From positions 1,622 through 65,621 of the forward strand of contig JABGPZ010000060.1 of assembly GCA_018644725.1 (NCBI GenBank): 64,000 nt of DNA. The letters are read 5' to 3'. Numbering within the stretch: position 1 is the stretch's first letter; each line of letters begins with the position of its first letter. Made by a program: the position numbers and the translations under genes. Below the pieces are notes generated by a model, which was given only the letters and a program-made list of their open reading frames with translations, was not told the origin of the DNA and did not search any database. Shown here in pieces: positions 55,406 through 64,000 of this stretch. The DNA comes from Phycisphaerales bacterium (lineage in GTDB: Bacteria > Planctomycetota > Phycisphaerae > SM23-33).

Positions 55406-58018
55406 TTACAGTTCCGACTTGAGGCGGCGGAGGAATGCGTGGGCTTCGATGGGGGACATGTTGTCGAGGTCGGCTGCGGAGATATCGGCCGCGACGCGGT
55501 CGGCGGGGGACGCAAATAAGTTGAACTGTTCGATCTCTTGCCGCGCGGTTTCCGCGAGTTCCGGCAGGTCCAGACCCGTGGCGAAATGTTCCTGGAGTTG
55601 CGGCAGAAGTTCCCGCGCGCGCTGGGTAACTTCTTTGGGCACGCCTGCGAGTTTTGCGACGTGGACGCCGTAGCTCGCCTCGGCCGGGCCGGGAATAATT
55701 TTGTGCAGGAAGACCACTTCGTCATGCCATTCGCGCACGGAAACATTGAGGTTCGTCGTCGCGGGCAGCACGCTGTCCAGCTCGGTCAGCTCGTGATAGT
55801 GTGTCGCGAACAGTGTGCGGCAGCGGCAGTGGTTGGCGATGAATTCGCAGATCGCCCACGCCAGCGCCAGCCCGTCGCACGTCGAGGTGCCCCGGCCGAC
55901 TTCGTCGAGAATCACCAGCGAGCGGCTTGTGGCGTTGTTGAGGATGTTCGCGGTTTCGACCATTTCGAGCATGAATGTCGAGAGGCCTTTGGCGAGTTCG
56001 TCGGCCGCGCCCACGCGTGTGAAAATCCGGTCGGCGATGCCAATCGTCGCGCTCTCGGCCGGGATGAAACTCCCGGTCTGCGCCAGCAACACCAGCAGGG
56101 CGACTTGGCGGATGTAGGTCGATTTGCCGGCCATGTTCGGGCCAGTGATCAGCAGAAGGCGGTCGATGTCGCCGCCCATGGTCACGTCGTTGGGGACGAA
56201 TTTTTCGCGCAGTTCTTCGGCCACCACGGGGTGTTTGCCGCCATTGATTTCGAGGACGTTGTCCTGCGTGATCGTCGGGCGGGTGTAGTCGCGGCTTCGG
56301 GCGAGATGCCCGAGCGCGGCGAGGACGTCGATGGTGGCGAGCGCTTCGGCGGCGGCTTGGAGTTCTTCGAGGCAGTCGGCGAGTTTGACACGCAATTCTT
56401 CGAAGAGTTTCGCTTCGAGATTTTTCGCGCGTTCCTCGGCCGTCAGCACTTCCGATTCGTACTGCTTGAGTTCGTCGGTGATATAGCGCTCGGCGTTTTT
56501 GAGCGTCTGCTTGCGGTGGAATTCCGGCGGCGCCTTGTCGCTGTGGAGGCGGCTGATTTCGATGTAGTAGCCAAAGACGCGGTTGAAGCCCATCTTCAGC
56601 GGCAGGTCGTATTGCTCGGCGAGTTTTTTCTGATAGTCCGCCAGCCAGGTTTCGCCGTCGCGGCCAATGGTGCGCAGGCGGTCGAGCTCTTCGTCAAAGC
56701 CGGTCGCGATCACGCCGCCGTCGCGCAGGAGTGCGCTGCAGTCGGGGTCGATGGTGGCTTCGATCCACGCGGCCGGTTCGTCGAGGCCATCGAGCGCGGG
56801 GGCGAGATCGTTCAGCAGGCCTGGTGCGCCTTCGAGACTCGCGGCGAGCGCGGGCAGGTTCGCCAGCGTTTGGCCGAGGGCGAGGACTTCGCGCGGGCGG
56901 ACGCGATTCAGCGCGATGTTTGTCGAGATGCGGTCGATCTGCGCACAGTCGGCGAGAATGGTTCGTAGCGCGGCGACGGCGTCGGCGGACTCGGCGAAAA
57001 ACGCGACGGCCTCTTGGCGTGCGAGGATGGCCGAGTAGTTCACCAGCGGGTAGGTCAGCCAGCGTTCGAGCAGGCGGCTACCCATGCCGGTTTTGGTTTG
57101 GTCGAGGCTCGCCAGCAGGCTTCCCGTGCGGACGTTGTCGCGCAGGGTGCGCTGAACTTCCAGGCAGCGCAGCGTGTTGCCGTCGATGGCCATGTAGCGT
57201 TCGCGCTGGAAGGGCATGAGTTTGCGGATGTGGCCGAGCGCGGATTTTTGCGTCTCGCGGAGATAGTCCAGCAGCGCTCCGGCCGCGCAGACGCCTTCGT
57301 CGGCGGTTTCGATCCCGAAGCCTGCGAGCGTGGTCACGGCGAATTGTTCGTGGAGCGCTTCGGTGGCGGCGTGGATGTCGAAGACCCACGGCGGGCGGCG
57401 CGTGGCGACGGCACTGGTCGCGGCGGAAAGTTGCGCGGTCCATTCGCGCTGGTCAAAGTGGGAGTCTTCGGCGAGGACGACTTCGGCCGGGCGGATACGG
57501 ATGAGTTCGTCGACGACGTGTTCGGCCGGCGCGGTCATCGTGAAAAATTGCCCGCTGGACAGTTCCACCCACGACAGGCCCACCAGCGCGTCGCGCTTGG
57601 CGGTTGCGGTTTTCGCCTGGAAGATCGCGGCGAGGTAGTTGCCTTCGCGCTGATCGAGCAGTGTTTCGTCGGTGAGCGTCCCGGGCGTCACCAGCCGCAC
57701 GACATCGCGCTTGACCACGCCCTTGGCGGTTTTGGGGTCTTCGACCTGTTCACAGATCGCGACGCGAATGCCCTCGGCGACCAGGCGGCGGAGGTAGTTG
57801 TCCAGCGCGTGATAGGGGATGCCCGCGAGGGGGATCGCGTTCGCACCTTTGTTGCGCGTGGTTACGGCAATGCCGAGAATCCGCGCGGCCGTCTTGGCGT
57901 CGTCGGCGAAGAGTTCGTAGAAATCCCCCATGCGAAAGAAGAGCAGATAGTCGGGGTATTGCTCCTTGAATTCGCTCCATTGACGCATCGCAGGGGTGTC
58001 GTACGGGGTCTTTGCCAT
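55406..58018 (-). CDS. mutS: DNA mismatch repair protein MutS
   Basis: TPAMRQ, FFRMGDFYELF, VTPGT, GPNMAGKSTY, STFMLEM, DEVGRGTS, FATHYHEL, SYGVHVA. Confidence 0.98.
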   Translation of the reverse strand: MAKTPYDTPAMRQWSEFKEQYPDYLLFFRMGDFYELFADDAKTAARILGIAVTTRNKGANAIPLAGIPYHALDNYLRRLVAEGIRVAICEQVEDPKTAKGVVKRDVVRLVTPGTLTDETLLDQREGNYLAAIFQAKTATAKRDALVGLSWVELSSGQFFTMTAPAEHVVDELIRIRPAEVVLAEDSHFDQREWTAQLSAATSAVATRRPPWVFDIHAATEALHEQFAVTTLAGFGIETADEGVCAAGALLDYLRETQKSALGHIRKLMPFQRERYMAIDGNTLRCLEVQRTLRDNVRTGSLLASLDQTKTGMGSRLLERWLTYPLVNYSAILARQEAVAFFAESADAVAALRTILADCAQIDRISTNIALNRVRPREVLALGQTLANLPALAASLEGAPGLLNDLAPALDGLDEPAAWIEATIDPDCSALLRDGGVIATGFDEELDRLRTIGRDGETWLADYQKKLAEQYDLPLKMGFNRVFGYYIEISRLHSDKAPPEFHRKQTLKNAERYITDELKQYESEVLTAEERAKNLEAKLFEELRVKLADCLEELQAAAEALATIDVLAALGHLARSRDYTRPTITQDNVLEINGGKHPVVAEELREKFVPNDVTMGGDIDRLLLITGPNMAGKSTYIRQVALLVLLAQTGSFIPAESATIGIADRIFTRVGAADELAKGLSTFMLEMVETANILNNATSRSLVILDEVGRGTSTCDGLALAWAICEFIANHCRCRTLFATHYHELTELDSVLPATTNLNVSVREWHDEVVFLHKIIPGPAEASYGVHVAKLAGVPKEVTQRARELLPQLQEHFATGLDLPELAETARQEIEQFNLFASPADRVAADISAADLDNMSPIEAHAFLRRLKSEL

Positions 58019-58140
58019 AGAGGCGCGATTCTATCGGCACAAGGGTAAAATTGCAAGCGATTGACTTGCAGGGCAGGAGAGAGTAGGATTGGCAGGTGTC
58101 GATGTAGCGATCAGTGGAATTCAACCATGGAGATAGTTTC

Positions 58141-60435
58141 GTGAAGACAAAGCGACAACTCCGGCCAAGCGTGATGAGGTGTATTGCAATTGCAGGTTTG
58201 CTTTCGGGATGCGCCACGGCGACACTCGGGGACACTGCGGTCTATTATGTTTCCCCGAAGGGGCTCGACAGCAATTCCGGCACGAAGGACGCCCCGCTGG
58301 CGACGTTGCAGTCGGCGGCAAAGCAAATGAAGCCGGGTGACACCTGTATTCTGCGCGGCGGGGTCTATCGTCAAACGCTCCGCCTGACTCATGGCGGTAC
58401 GGCGGCCAAGCCGTTGACGTTCAAGGCCTATCCCGGTGAAGTGCCCGTTCTCGATGGGACGGATGTAGTGGGCGGAACGTGGAAAAAATACAAAGGGAAA
58501 ATCTACCGCACGCAACTCAAGGCGGGACTCTCTCTCGGGCAAGTCTTCGTGGACAAGGCCATGATGACGTGGGCACGCTGGCCGAACGCGACGTTCAAGG
58601 ATCGCTGGGCAAACAAGAAGTGGGCGCCATGCAAAGGCCCGCTTGGGACGTTGATTGGCGGCAAGGCGCTGGCGAAAACCAGGATTGACTGGACCGGCGG
58701 AATTGTGATGTTGAACACGAAGCCCAATTGGGACAAGTGGACGGCCATCGTAAAAAAACACGCCAAAGGGAAAGATCGGTTCAACTACTCCAAGGCGCTG
58801 CAGTGGAAATGGCCGCGCGAGCAGGGAGGGTCCTATTCCCTCCATGGTAAGCTCGAAGCCCTCGATGCGGCGGAGGAATGGTATTACGATGCGAAGACGG
58901 GGATGCTCTATCTTTATTGTCCCAAAGGTGACACTCCAGCCAACCATGTGGTGGAAGTCAAGAAGCGCACCTATGGTGTGGATGCGGAAACGTGTGATTT
59001 TGTTCAGCTGAAGGGAATTCATTTTCGCGCGACGACGTTTACTTTTCGCGAGTGCCACCATTGCCTCGTGGATGGATGTCACATTCGGTTTCCCAATGTT
59101 GCACCGCTCTTGTGGGACTTGAATATGCCGTCGAAGCCCATGGTTGCCACGCAGATGATTGGCCATCACAATACGGTTCGCAATTCCAGCCTGGCCTACA
59201 GTCCGACGTTCGGATTGCGCATGCTCGGTTCGCACAATCGTGTGGAAAACAATCTGATCTATGACGTCAATTGGGTGGGTTCGCTGTGCTATGCCAATGT
59301 GTGGATGGGGAGCCTCGAAGACAACTACACATGGGAAGGCTGCCTGAAGTACGAGGGCCTGCTCAAGGAGACCGTGCCCCAGGCTACGGCGGAAGAGCTT
59401 GCCAATGTGCAGTGGGGCGGGAAGATGGGACGGATTGTGAAGGTTCATGATCCCGACCGGGCGAAACCCGCAGGCAACTGTGTTGTCCGCCGCAACACAC
59501 TGTTTGGTTCGGGAAATATCGTCTTGGGCTTTTTCGAACAGCCGAACTACGACATTGGATACAACTACGTCTACGATGGCGGGATGTTTGTCCACGATGT
59601 GTCAATGATTTACACGACCTTGCCGCAGATTCGAGGCTCGGTGGTGCACCACAATTGGGTGACGACGAAATACAAGTTGTGCATTCGCGCCGACGATCAG
59701 TCTCGTGGCGTGGCGGTGCATCACAATGTAATGTGGGGGGCGAGCACAGGGAGTCTGGTTGTCAAGGGTGATGACAATGCTGTCTATCACAACACCTCTT
59801 TGGCAAGGTCGCTCAAGAATTGGGACTTGAATGTGAAGACGATGGCAGAACCGGACAAGCCGCACTATCGCAAGCTTTGGCCGCTGCTGAAGGCGCAGAA
59901 TACGAAGACGCCCATTTGGAATAATTTTGTCCATCGCATCACGACTGCGAATGGGGACACCCTTTACGCGAAAGGCGACCCGCGGTTGTCGCACAATTTG
60001 ATCGATGCGAATCCGGCATCGTTGTTGGTGAATCCGGCTGGGCTGGACTTCCGCCCGAAACCCGGCTCGCCGCTGATTGATGCGGGGCGGGTGATCAAGG
60101 GGGTCAATGACGGGTTTGCGGGGAAAGCGCCAGATGTGGGTGCCTATGAATTTGGGGTCAAGCCATGGGTGGCGGGGCACAAGAACTTTGTTCGGACCCA
60201 TGGCGAGACCACCGACCCGGAGACCGGTGAATCCACGATGACGCTTTGTTTGTCGATGCCTGCGGTCAAGAATGTCTCGGTGACGCTGGTTCCTGCCGAG
60301 GGTGTGACCCTCACGAGCAGGTCCAAACTGGTGTTCACTGCCGCGAATTGGGCCGCGGGGCGGACGGTCCGATTCAAGGTCAGCAAAGAGAGTTCCGCCA
60401 AGGCCATCACGTTTGTCATTGAGCAACCGAGGTGA
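58141..60435 (+). CDS. Secreted right-handed parallel beta-helix protein (polysaccharide lyase/hydrolase-like)
   Basis: GTG after [40 protein letters not shown], repeated vhhN turns, [20 protein letters not shown]. Confidence 0.85.
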   Translation: MKTKRQLRPSVMRCIAIAGLLSGCATATLGDTAVYYVSPKGLDSNSGTKDAPLATLQSAAKQMKPGDTCILRGGVYRQTLRLTHGGTAAKPLTFKAYPGEVPVLDGTDVVGGTWKKYKGKIYRTQLKAGLSLGQVFVDKAMMTWARWPNATFKDRWANKKWAPCKGPLGTLIGGKALAKTRIDWTGGIVMLNTKPNWDKWTAIVKKHAKGKDRFNYSKALQWKWPREQGGSYSLHGKLEALDAAEEWYYDAKTGMLYLYCPKGDTPANHVVEVKKRTYGVDAETCDFVQLKGIHFRATTFTFRECHHCLVDGCHIRFPNVAPLLWDLNMPSKPMVATQMIGHHNTVRNSSLAYSPTFGLRMLGSHNRVENNLIYDVNWVGSLCYANVWMGSLEDNYTWEGCLKYEGLLKETVPQATAEELANVQWGGKMGRIVKVHDPDRAKPAGNCVVRRNTLFGSGNIVLGFFEQPNYDIGYNYVYDGGMFVHDVSMIYTTLPQIRGSVVHHNWVTTKYKLCIRADDQSRGVAVHHNVMWGASTGSLVVKGDDNAVYHNTSLARSLKNWDLNVKTMAEPDKPHYRKLWPLLKAQNTKTPIWNNFVHRITTANGDTLYAKGDPRLSHNLIDANPASLLVNPAGLDFRPKPGSPLIDAGRVIKGVNDGFAGKAPDVGAYEFGVKPWVAGHKNFVRTHGETTDPETGESTMTLCLSMPAVKNVSVTLVPAEGVTLTSRSKLVFTAANWAAGRTVRFKVSKESSAKAITFVIEQPR

Positions 60436-60455
60436 CGGTTGCAGTAGAAGCATAG

Positions 60456-60487
60456 AAAAAGCCCGAGCAATTGCCCGGGCTTTTTTT
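60456..60487. terminator. Bidirectional terminator
   Basis: A5-GCCCGAGCA-at-TGCCCGGGC-T7. Confidence 0.85.
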
Positions 60488-60510
60488 GTGGGACAAGTTG
60501 TCGTCGTAAT

Positions 60511-62052
60511 TTACTTGCTTGTGCCTGCACTCATCATTGCGCGGATTTTGGTGTGGAGGCGATTGACGACTTCGGGGTTGGCTGCGGCGACGTTTTTGGT
60601 TTCGCTGGGGTCGGCGGCCATGTCGTAGAGCTGGAACGGTTTTTTCCATGCGTCGCCCTTGGGTCTGGCGCGGCCACCCGAGCCGGCCGAGCAGATCAGT
60701 TTCCATTTGCCGTCACGGATGGCGAAGTGCCCCCCAGACGAGTGGTGGATGACTGGCGCGCGCGGGGTGGGGAGGGGCTTGCCTTCCATCAGCGGCAGGA
60801 GGTTGAAGCTGTCTTCGCCGGTGGTCTTGGCGAGCTTGGTTACGCCGCCGGCTGCGGCGCAGGTTGCGAGGAGGTCGACGATGCTAACCGGCGTGTCGCA
60901 GGTAGAAGCCTTGGGCGTTTTGCCCGGCCAGCGAACGATAAACGGTACGCGGTGGCCGCCGTCATAGATGTCCGCTTTCGTGCCGCGATAGATGTGGTTG
61001 GCGGTGTGGTTCGACTCGCGGAAGCCCTGGACGGAGGGCGTTTTGATGTGGCCGGGCTCGTTGTCTTTCAGGCGGTACATGTACGAGCCGTTGTCGCTGG
61101 AAACGATCAGCAGCGTGTTGTCGGCGACCTTCGCGTCGTCGAGCGCTTTGAGGACTTCGCCGACGACCCAGTCGGTCTGCATGAGGAAGTCGCCATAGAG
61201 GCCGCGCTTGGATTTTCCAACGAAGCGCTCGGCGGGCAGGCAGGGCTTGTGCGGCGAGGTGAGCGGGAAGTAGAGGAAGAACGGCTTGTCGCCCTTGGCC
61301 GATTTGGCGATGTGCTCGCACGATTTTTTCGTGAGGATGTCCAGCGCGCCGACGTGGCTGAAGTCCTTAGCCATGTCGCCGCCGCGGCTATAGTTCGGGA
61401 AGCTGCTGCCGGGGTAGCGGCTGGTGGCGGGCGCGACGAATTTGTCGTTCTCGATGAAGGTGTACGGCGGCATGTCCAGCGAGGCCGTCACGCCGAAGTA
61501 GTAGTCAAATCCATTGACGTTCGGGCTGTTTTGGATTTTCTTCGTATAGTCGACTCTGCCCTTGTGCTTGTCTTTGGGTTTGGGTCCAGCCTTGGCGGGT
61601 TTCGGCAGGTCCATCCCGAGGTGCCACTTGCCGATGCAGGCGGTGTCATAGCCAGCGCCCTTGAGCAGCGTGGCAATGGTCTCTCGTTTTGGGTCGATGA
61701 GGTGGCTGGAGAACCCGCTGAGCACACCATGCTTGAGACGCGTCCGCCAGCAGTAGCGGCCGGTAACGAGCGAGTAGCGGCTCGGGGTACAGACGGCTGA
61801 GGTGGTGTGCGCGTCGGTGAAGATCATGCCTTCGTTGGCGAGGCGCGTGGTGTGCGGCGTGGGGATGACCGATTTCTTGTTGATGCACTGCAGGTCGCCC
61901 GAGCCGAGGTCGTCAGCGAAAATGATGACGATGTTGGGCTTCTTTGCGGGTGCGGGTGCGCAGGTTCCGCAGTGGGCCAGCGCGCGCGGCGCGGCCGAGG
62001 CGGCAAGGGCGATCGATGCGGACTTCAAAAATGTGCGGCGTTGAACGGTCAT
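60511..62052 (-). CDS. Tat-exported arylsulfatase A-like enzyme
   Basis: QRRTFLK, FADDLGSGD, CTPSRYSLVTG, GKWHLG, SSDNG, GGHRVPFIVRWPG. Confidence 0.94.
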   Translation of the reverse strand: MTVQRRTFLKSASIALAASAAPRALAHCGTCAPAPAKKPNIVIIFADDLGSGDLQCINKKSVIPTPHTTRLANEGMIFTDAHTTSAVCTPSRYSLVTGRYCWRTRLKHGVLSGFSSHLIDPKRETIATLLKGAGYDTACIGKWHLGMDLPKPAKAGPKPKDKHKGRVDYTKKIQNSPNVNGFDYYFGVTASLDMPPYTFIENDKFVAPATSRYPGSSFPNYSRGGDMAKDFSHVGALDILTKKSCEHIAKSAKGDKPFFLYFPLTSPHKPCLPAERFVGKSKRGLYGDFLMQTDWVVGEVLKALDDAKVADNTLLIVSSDNGSYMYRLKDNEPGHIKTPSVQGFRESNHTANHIYRGTKADIYDGGHRVPFIVRWPGKTPKASTCDTPVSIVDLLATCAAAGGVTKLAKTTGEDSFNLLPLMEGKPLPTPRAPVIHHSSGGHFAIRDGKWKLICSAGSGGRARPKGDAWKKPFQLYDMAADPSETKNVAAANPEVVNRLHTKIRAMMSAGTSK

Positions 62053-62432
62053 GGCGAATCCTTTTTATGTAGATAGGAGGTTGAAGATCAATGGCGTTGT
62101 CCAAGTAATAAACGCAACGATACCACTTGCATTGCAAATCCGCAAGCGGCAGTGCCATAAATGTGGGGTGCTGGCCGGGAAAGTCATCGTGGAAATTTCG
62201 CGAACCCGAAGAATGAAACATAATAAATAGGCCTTTGAATAAACAACAATTTACGATTCGTACGCTTCGATAAGAAAGTCCGAAAAACACTAATTTTATG
62301 GGCGGATTTCGCTTGTGTGGCAGGGGGCGGTGACGTATAACCGAAAGCTCACAACCTATGACCAGCGATGCGAATCGGGGCTGTGTTAGCCCGCCGCGCG
62401 CTGGAGCTGCAACCGATTGAAAGGAGATTTTT

Positions 62433-64000
62433 ATGCCGGCTATTAAACCGCAAGACGTGAGGAATGTCGTGTTCCTTGGACACGGGGGAGCAGGCAAGAC
62501 CACCCTCGCCGAAGCCATGCTCCTGAACGCCAAAGTCACGACGAGATTGGGCTGTGTCAACGATGGGTCGAGCAAGCTGGATTACACGGATATCGAAAAA
62601 GAACGCCAGCACTCGGTAGACCCGTCGTTGTGTTTTGTTGAGAGCAACGGCAAGACGATCAACGTTATCGACACGCCGGGCTATCCCGATTTTATCGGTG
62701 GCGCACTGTCGGCGATGACCGGTGCGGATGCGGCCGTGATTGTGATCTCCGCGATCAACGGCATCGAGACCAACACCCGCCGGATGTACAAAGAAGCCAA
62801 GGCCGCCGGCTTGCCGATCTCGTTTGTGATTACGAAGATCCACGGCGACAACGTCGACCTCCATGGCCTGATGGACACCGTGCACGAAACCTTCGGCAGC
62901 GAATGCCACGACATGAACTTGCCCGCCAACGGCGGCAAAGAGGTCATCGACTGCTGGCTGAACAAGACCGGCGACTGCGACTGGGGCAGCGTCGAAGAAG
63001 CGCACCAGGAACTCGTCGAGTCGGTCATTGAAGCCGACGAAGACATGATGACGGCCTATCTCGAAGGCGAAGAAATTTGCGAAGAAGCGCTCTCGTCGGC
63101 CTTTGGCAAGGCGATGGCGGCGGGCACGATCGTGCCAGTGTTCTTCACTTCCGCCCACGACGACGTCGGCATCAATCAGTTCACCTCTGCGCTCGCGAAA
63201 TATTATCCCAAACCAGGCCGCGTCCCCGGCGCGCCCGTCACCGGCGAACCCGCCGGCGAAGGCGAAGCCATCGAAGTTGCCGCCGACGAAACCAAGCCCT
63301 TTATCGGCCAGGCCTTCAAAATTACTTCCGACCCGTTCGTCGGCAAAATTTCCTGGATCCGCATCCTGCAGGGGACGCTCAAGGGCAGCACGAACTATCA
63401 CCTCGACGATGAAAAGAAGACCGCTAAGATTGGCCACCTCTTTAAGGTCCAGGGCGGCGAAACCATCGAAGCGCCCCAGGCCGTCGCGGGCGACATCGTC
63501 GCGCTTGCCAAGGTCGATACCCTCTCCAGCGGTGTGATCCTTCACGAAGATGCCGCGCCGATGTATCGCGCCATGCCCAAATGCCCCACGCCGATGTACT
63601 CGCTGGCGGTCACGCCCCAAAAGCGTGGCGACGAAGGGAAAATTTCCGAAGCGCTCCACCGCTTCACCGACGAAGATCCCACGTTCAAATCGCGCCTCGA
63701 TACCCAGACGCACGAAACCGTCATCGACGGCATCGGCGATCTGCATCTGCGCGTGATGCTCGCGAAAATGTCCAAGCGCTACAAGGTCGATGTCGACACC
63801 AAGCAGCCGAAGATCGCCTATCGCGAAACGATTTCGTCCAAGTCCGCCGCGCAGTATCGCCACAAGAAACAGACCGGCGGCAGTGGCCAGTTTGGCGAAG
63901 TCCACCTTCGCGTCGAACCGCGTGAACGCGGAGCTGGCTTTGAGTTCGTCAGCGAGCTGTTTGGCGAATCGATTCCGCGCCAATATCTCCCTGCGATTGA
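62433..64000 (+). CDS. Elongation factor G paralogue (EF-G2-like), 3' truncated by the window edge
   Basis: Absent from the ORF track because it has no stop. ATG 62433 after AAAGGAG gives MPAIKPQDVRNVVFLGHGGAGKTTLAEAML...DYTDIEKERQHSV...DTPGYPDF...EDPT...GIGDLHL...IAYRETI...HKKQTGGSGQFGEV. Confidence 0.92.
   Translation, partial: MPAIKPQDVRNVVFLGHGGAGKTTLAEAMLLNAKVTTRLGCVNDGSSKLDYTDIEKERQHSVDPSLCFVESNGKTINVIDTPGYPDFIGGALSAMTGADAAVIVISAINGIETNTRRMYKEAKAAGLPISFVITKIHGDNVDLHGLMDTVHETFGSECHDMNLPANGGKEVIDCWLNKTGDCDWGSVEEAHQELVESVIEADEDMMTAYLEGEEICEEALSSAFGKAMAAGTIVPVFFTSAHDDVGINQFTSALAKYYPKPGRVPGAPVTGEPAGEGEAIEVAADETKPFIGQAFKITSDPFVGKISWIRILQGTLKGSTNYHLDDEKKTAKIGHLFKVQGGETIEAPQAVAGDIVALAKVDTLSSGVILHEDAAPMYRAMPKCPTPMYSLAVTPQKRGDEGKISEALHRFTDEDPTFKSRLDTQTHETVIDGIGDLHLRVMLAKMSKRYKVDVDTKQPKIAYRETISSKSAAQYRHKKQTGGSGQFGEVHLRVEPRERGAGFEFVSELFGESIPRQYLPAI

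Overview
GC-rich bacterial chromosomal window, most likely Planctomycetota/Phycisphaerae. This is inferred from Tat-exported sulfatases, DUF1080 and PQQ-like propeller proteins, and a giant secretin. Most of the window is ordinary host genes: hybrid histidine kinase, hcp, waaA, a PilC/prepilin/vWA group, deoxynucleoside kinase, LolC/E, tRNA-Asp, a redox/elimination-type glycoside-breakdown cluster, an ABC exporter, five sulfatases, radical SAM plus ferredoxin, tsaE, alr, mutS, a beta-helix protein and an EF-G paralogue. The stand-out feature is an intact-looking, single-strand ~11.5 kb operon (9952-21490, minus) of phage-type virion genes embedded among host genes. It runs portal, scaffold, SU10/DUF5309-type capsid, adaptor, an apparent tail-terminator/distal-tail fusion, baseplate-like proteins, two holin-like genes and an overlapping Rz/Rz1-like spanin pair. 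I could not recognise a terminase, integrase, replication genes, tail tube, tape measure or endolysin, so it is a candidate domesticated GTA-like or tube-less particle system. Second is a ~2350-aa secretin with about 21 ring-forming N-domains plus a coupled lipoprotein. All family assignments are by-eye motif recognition; no database searches were run.
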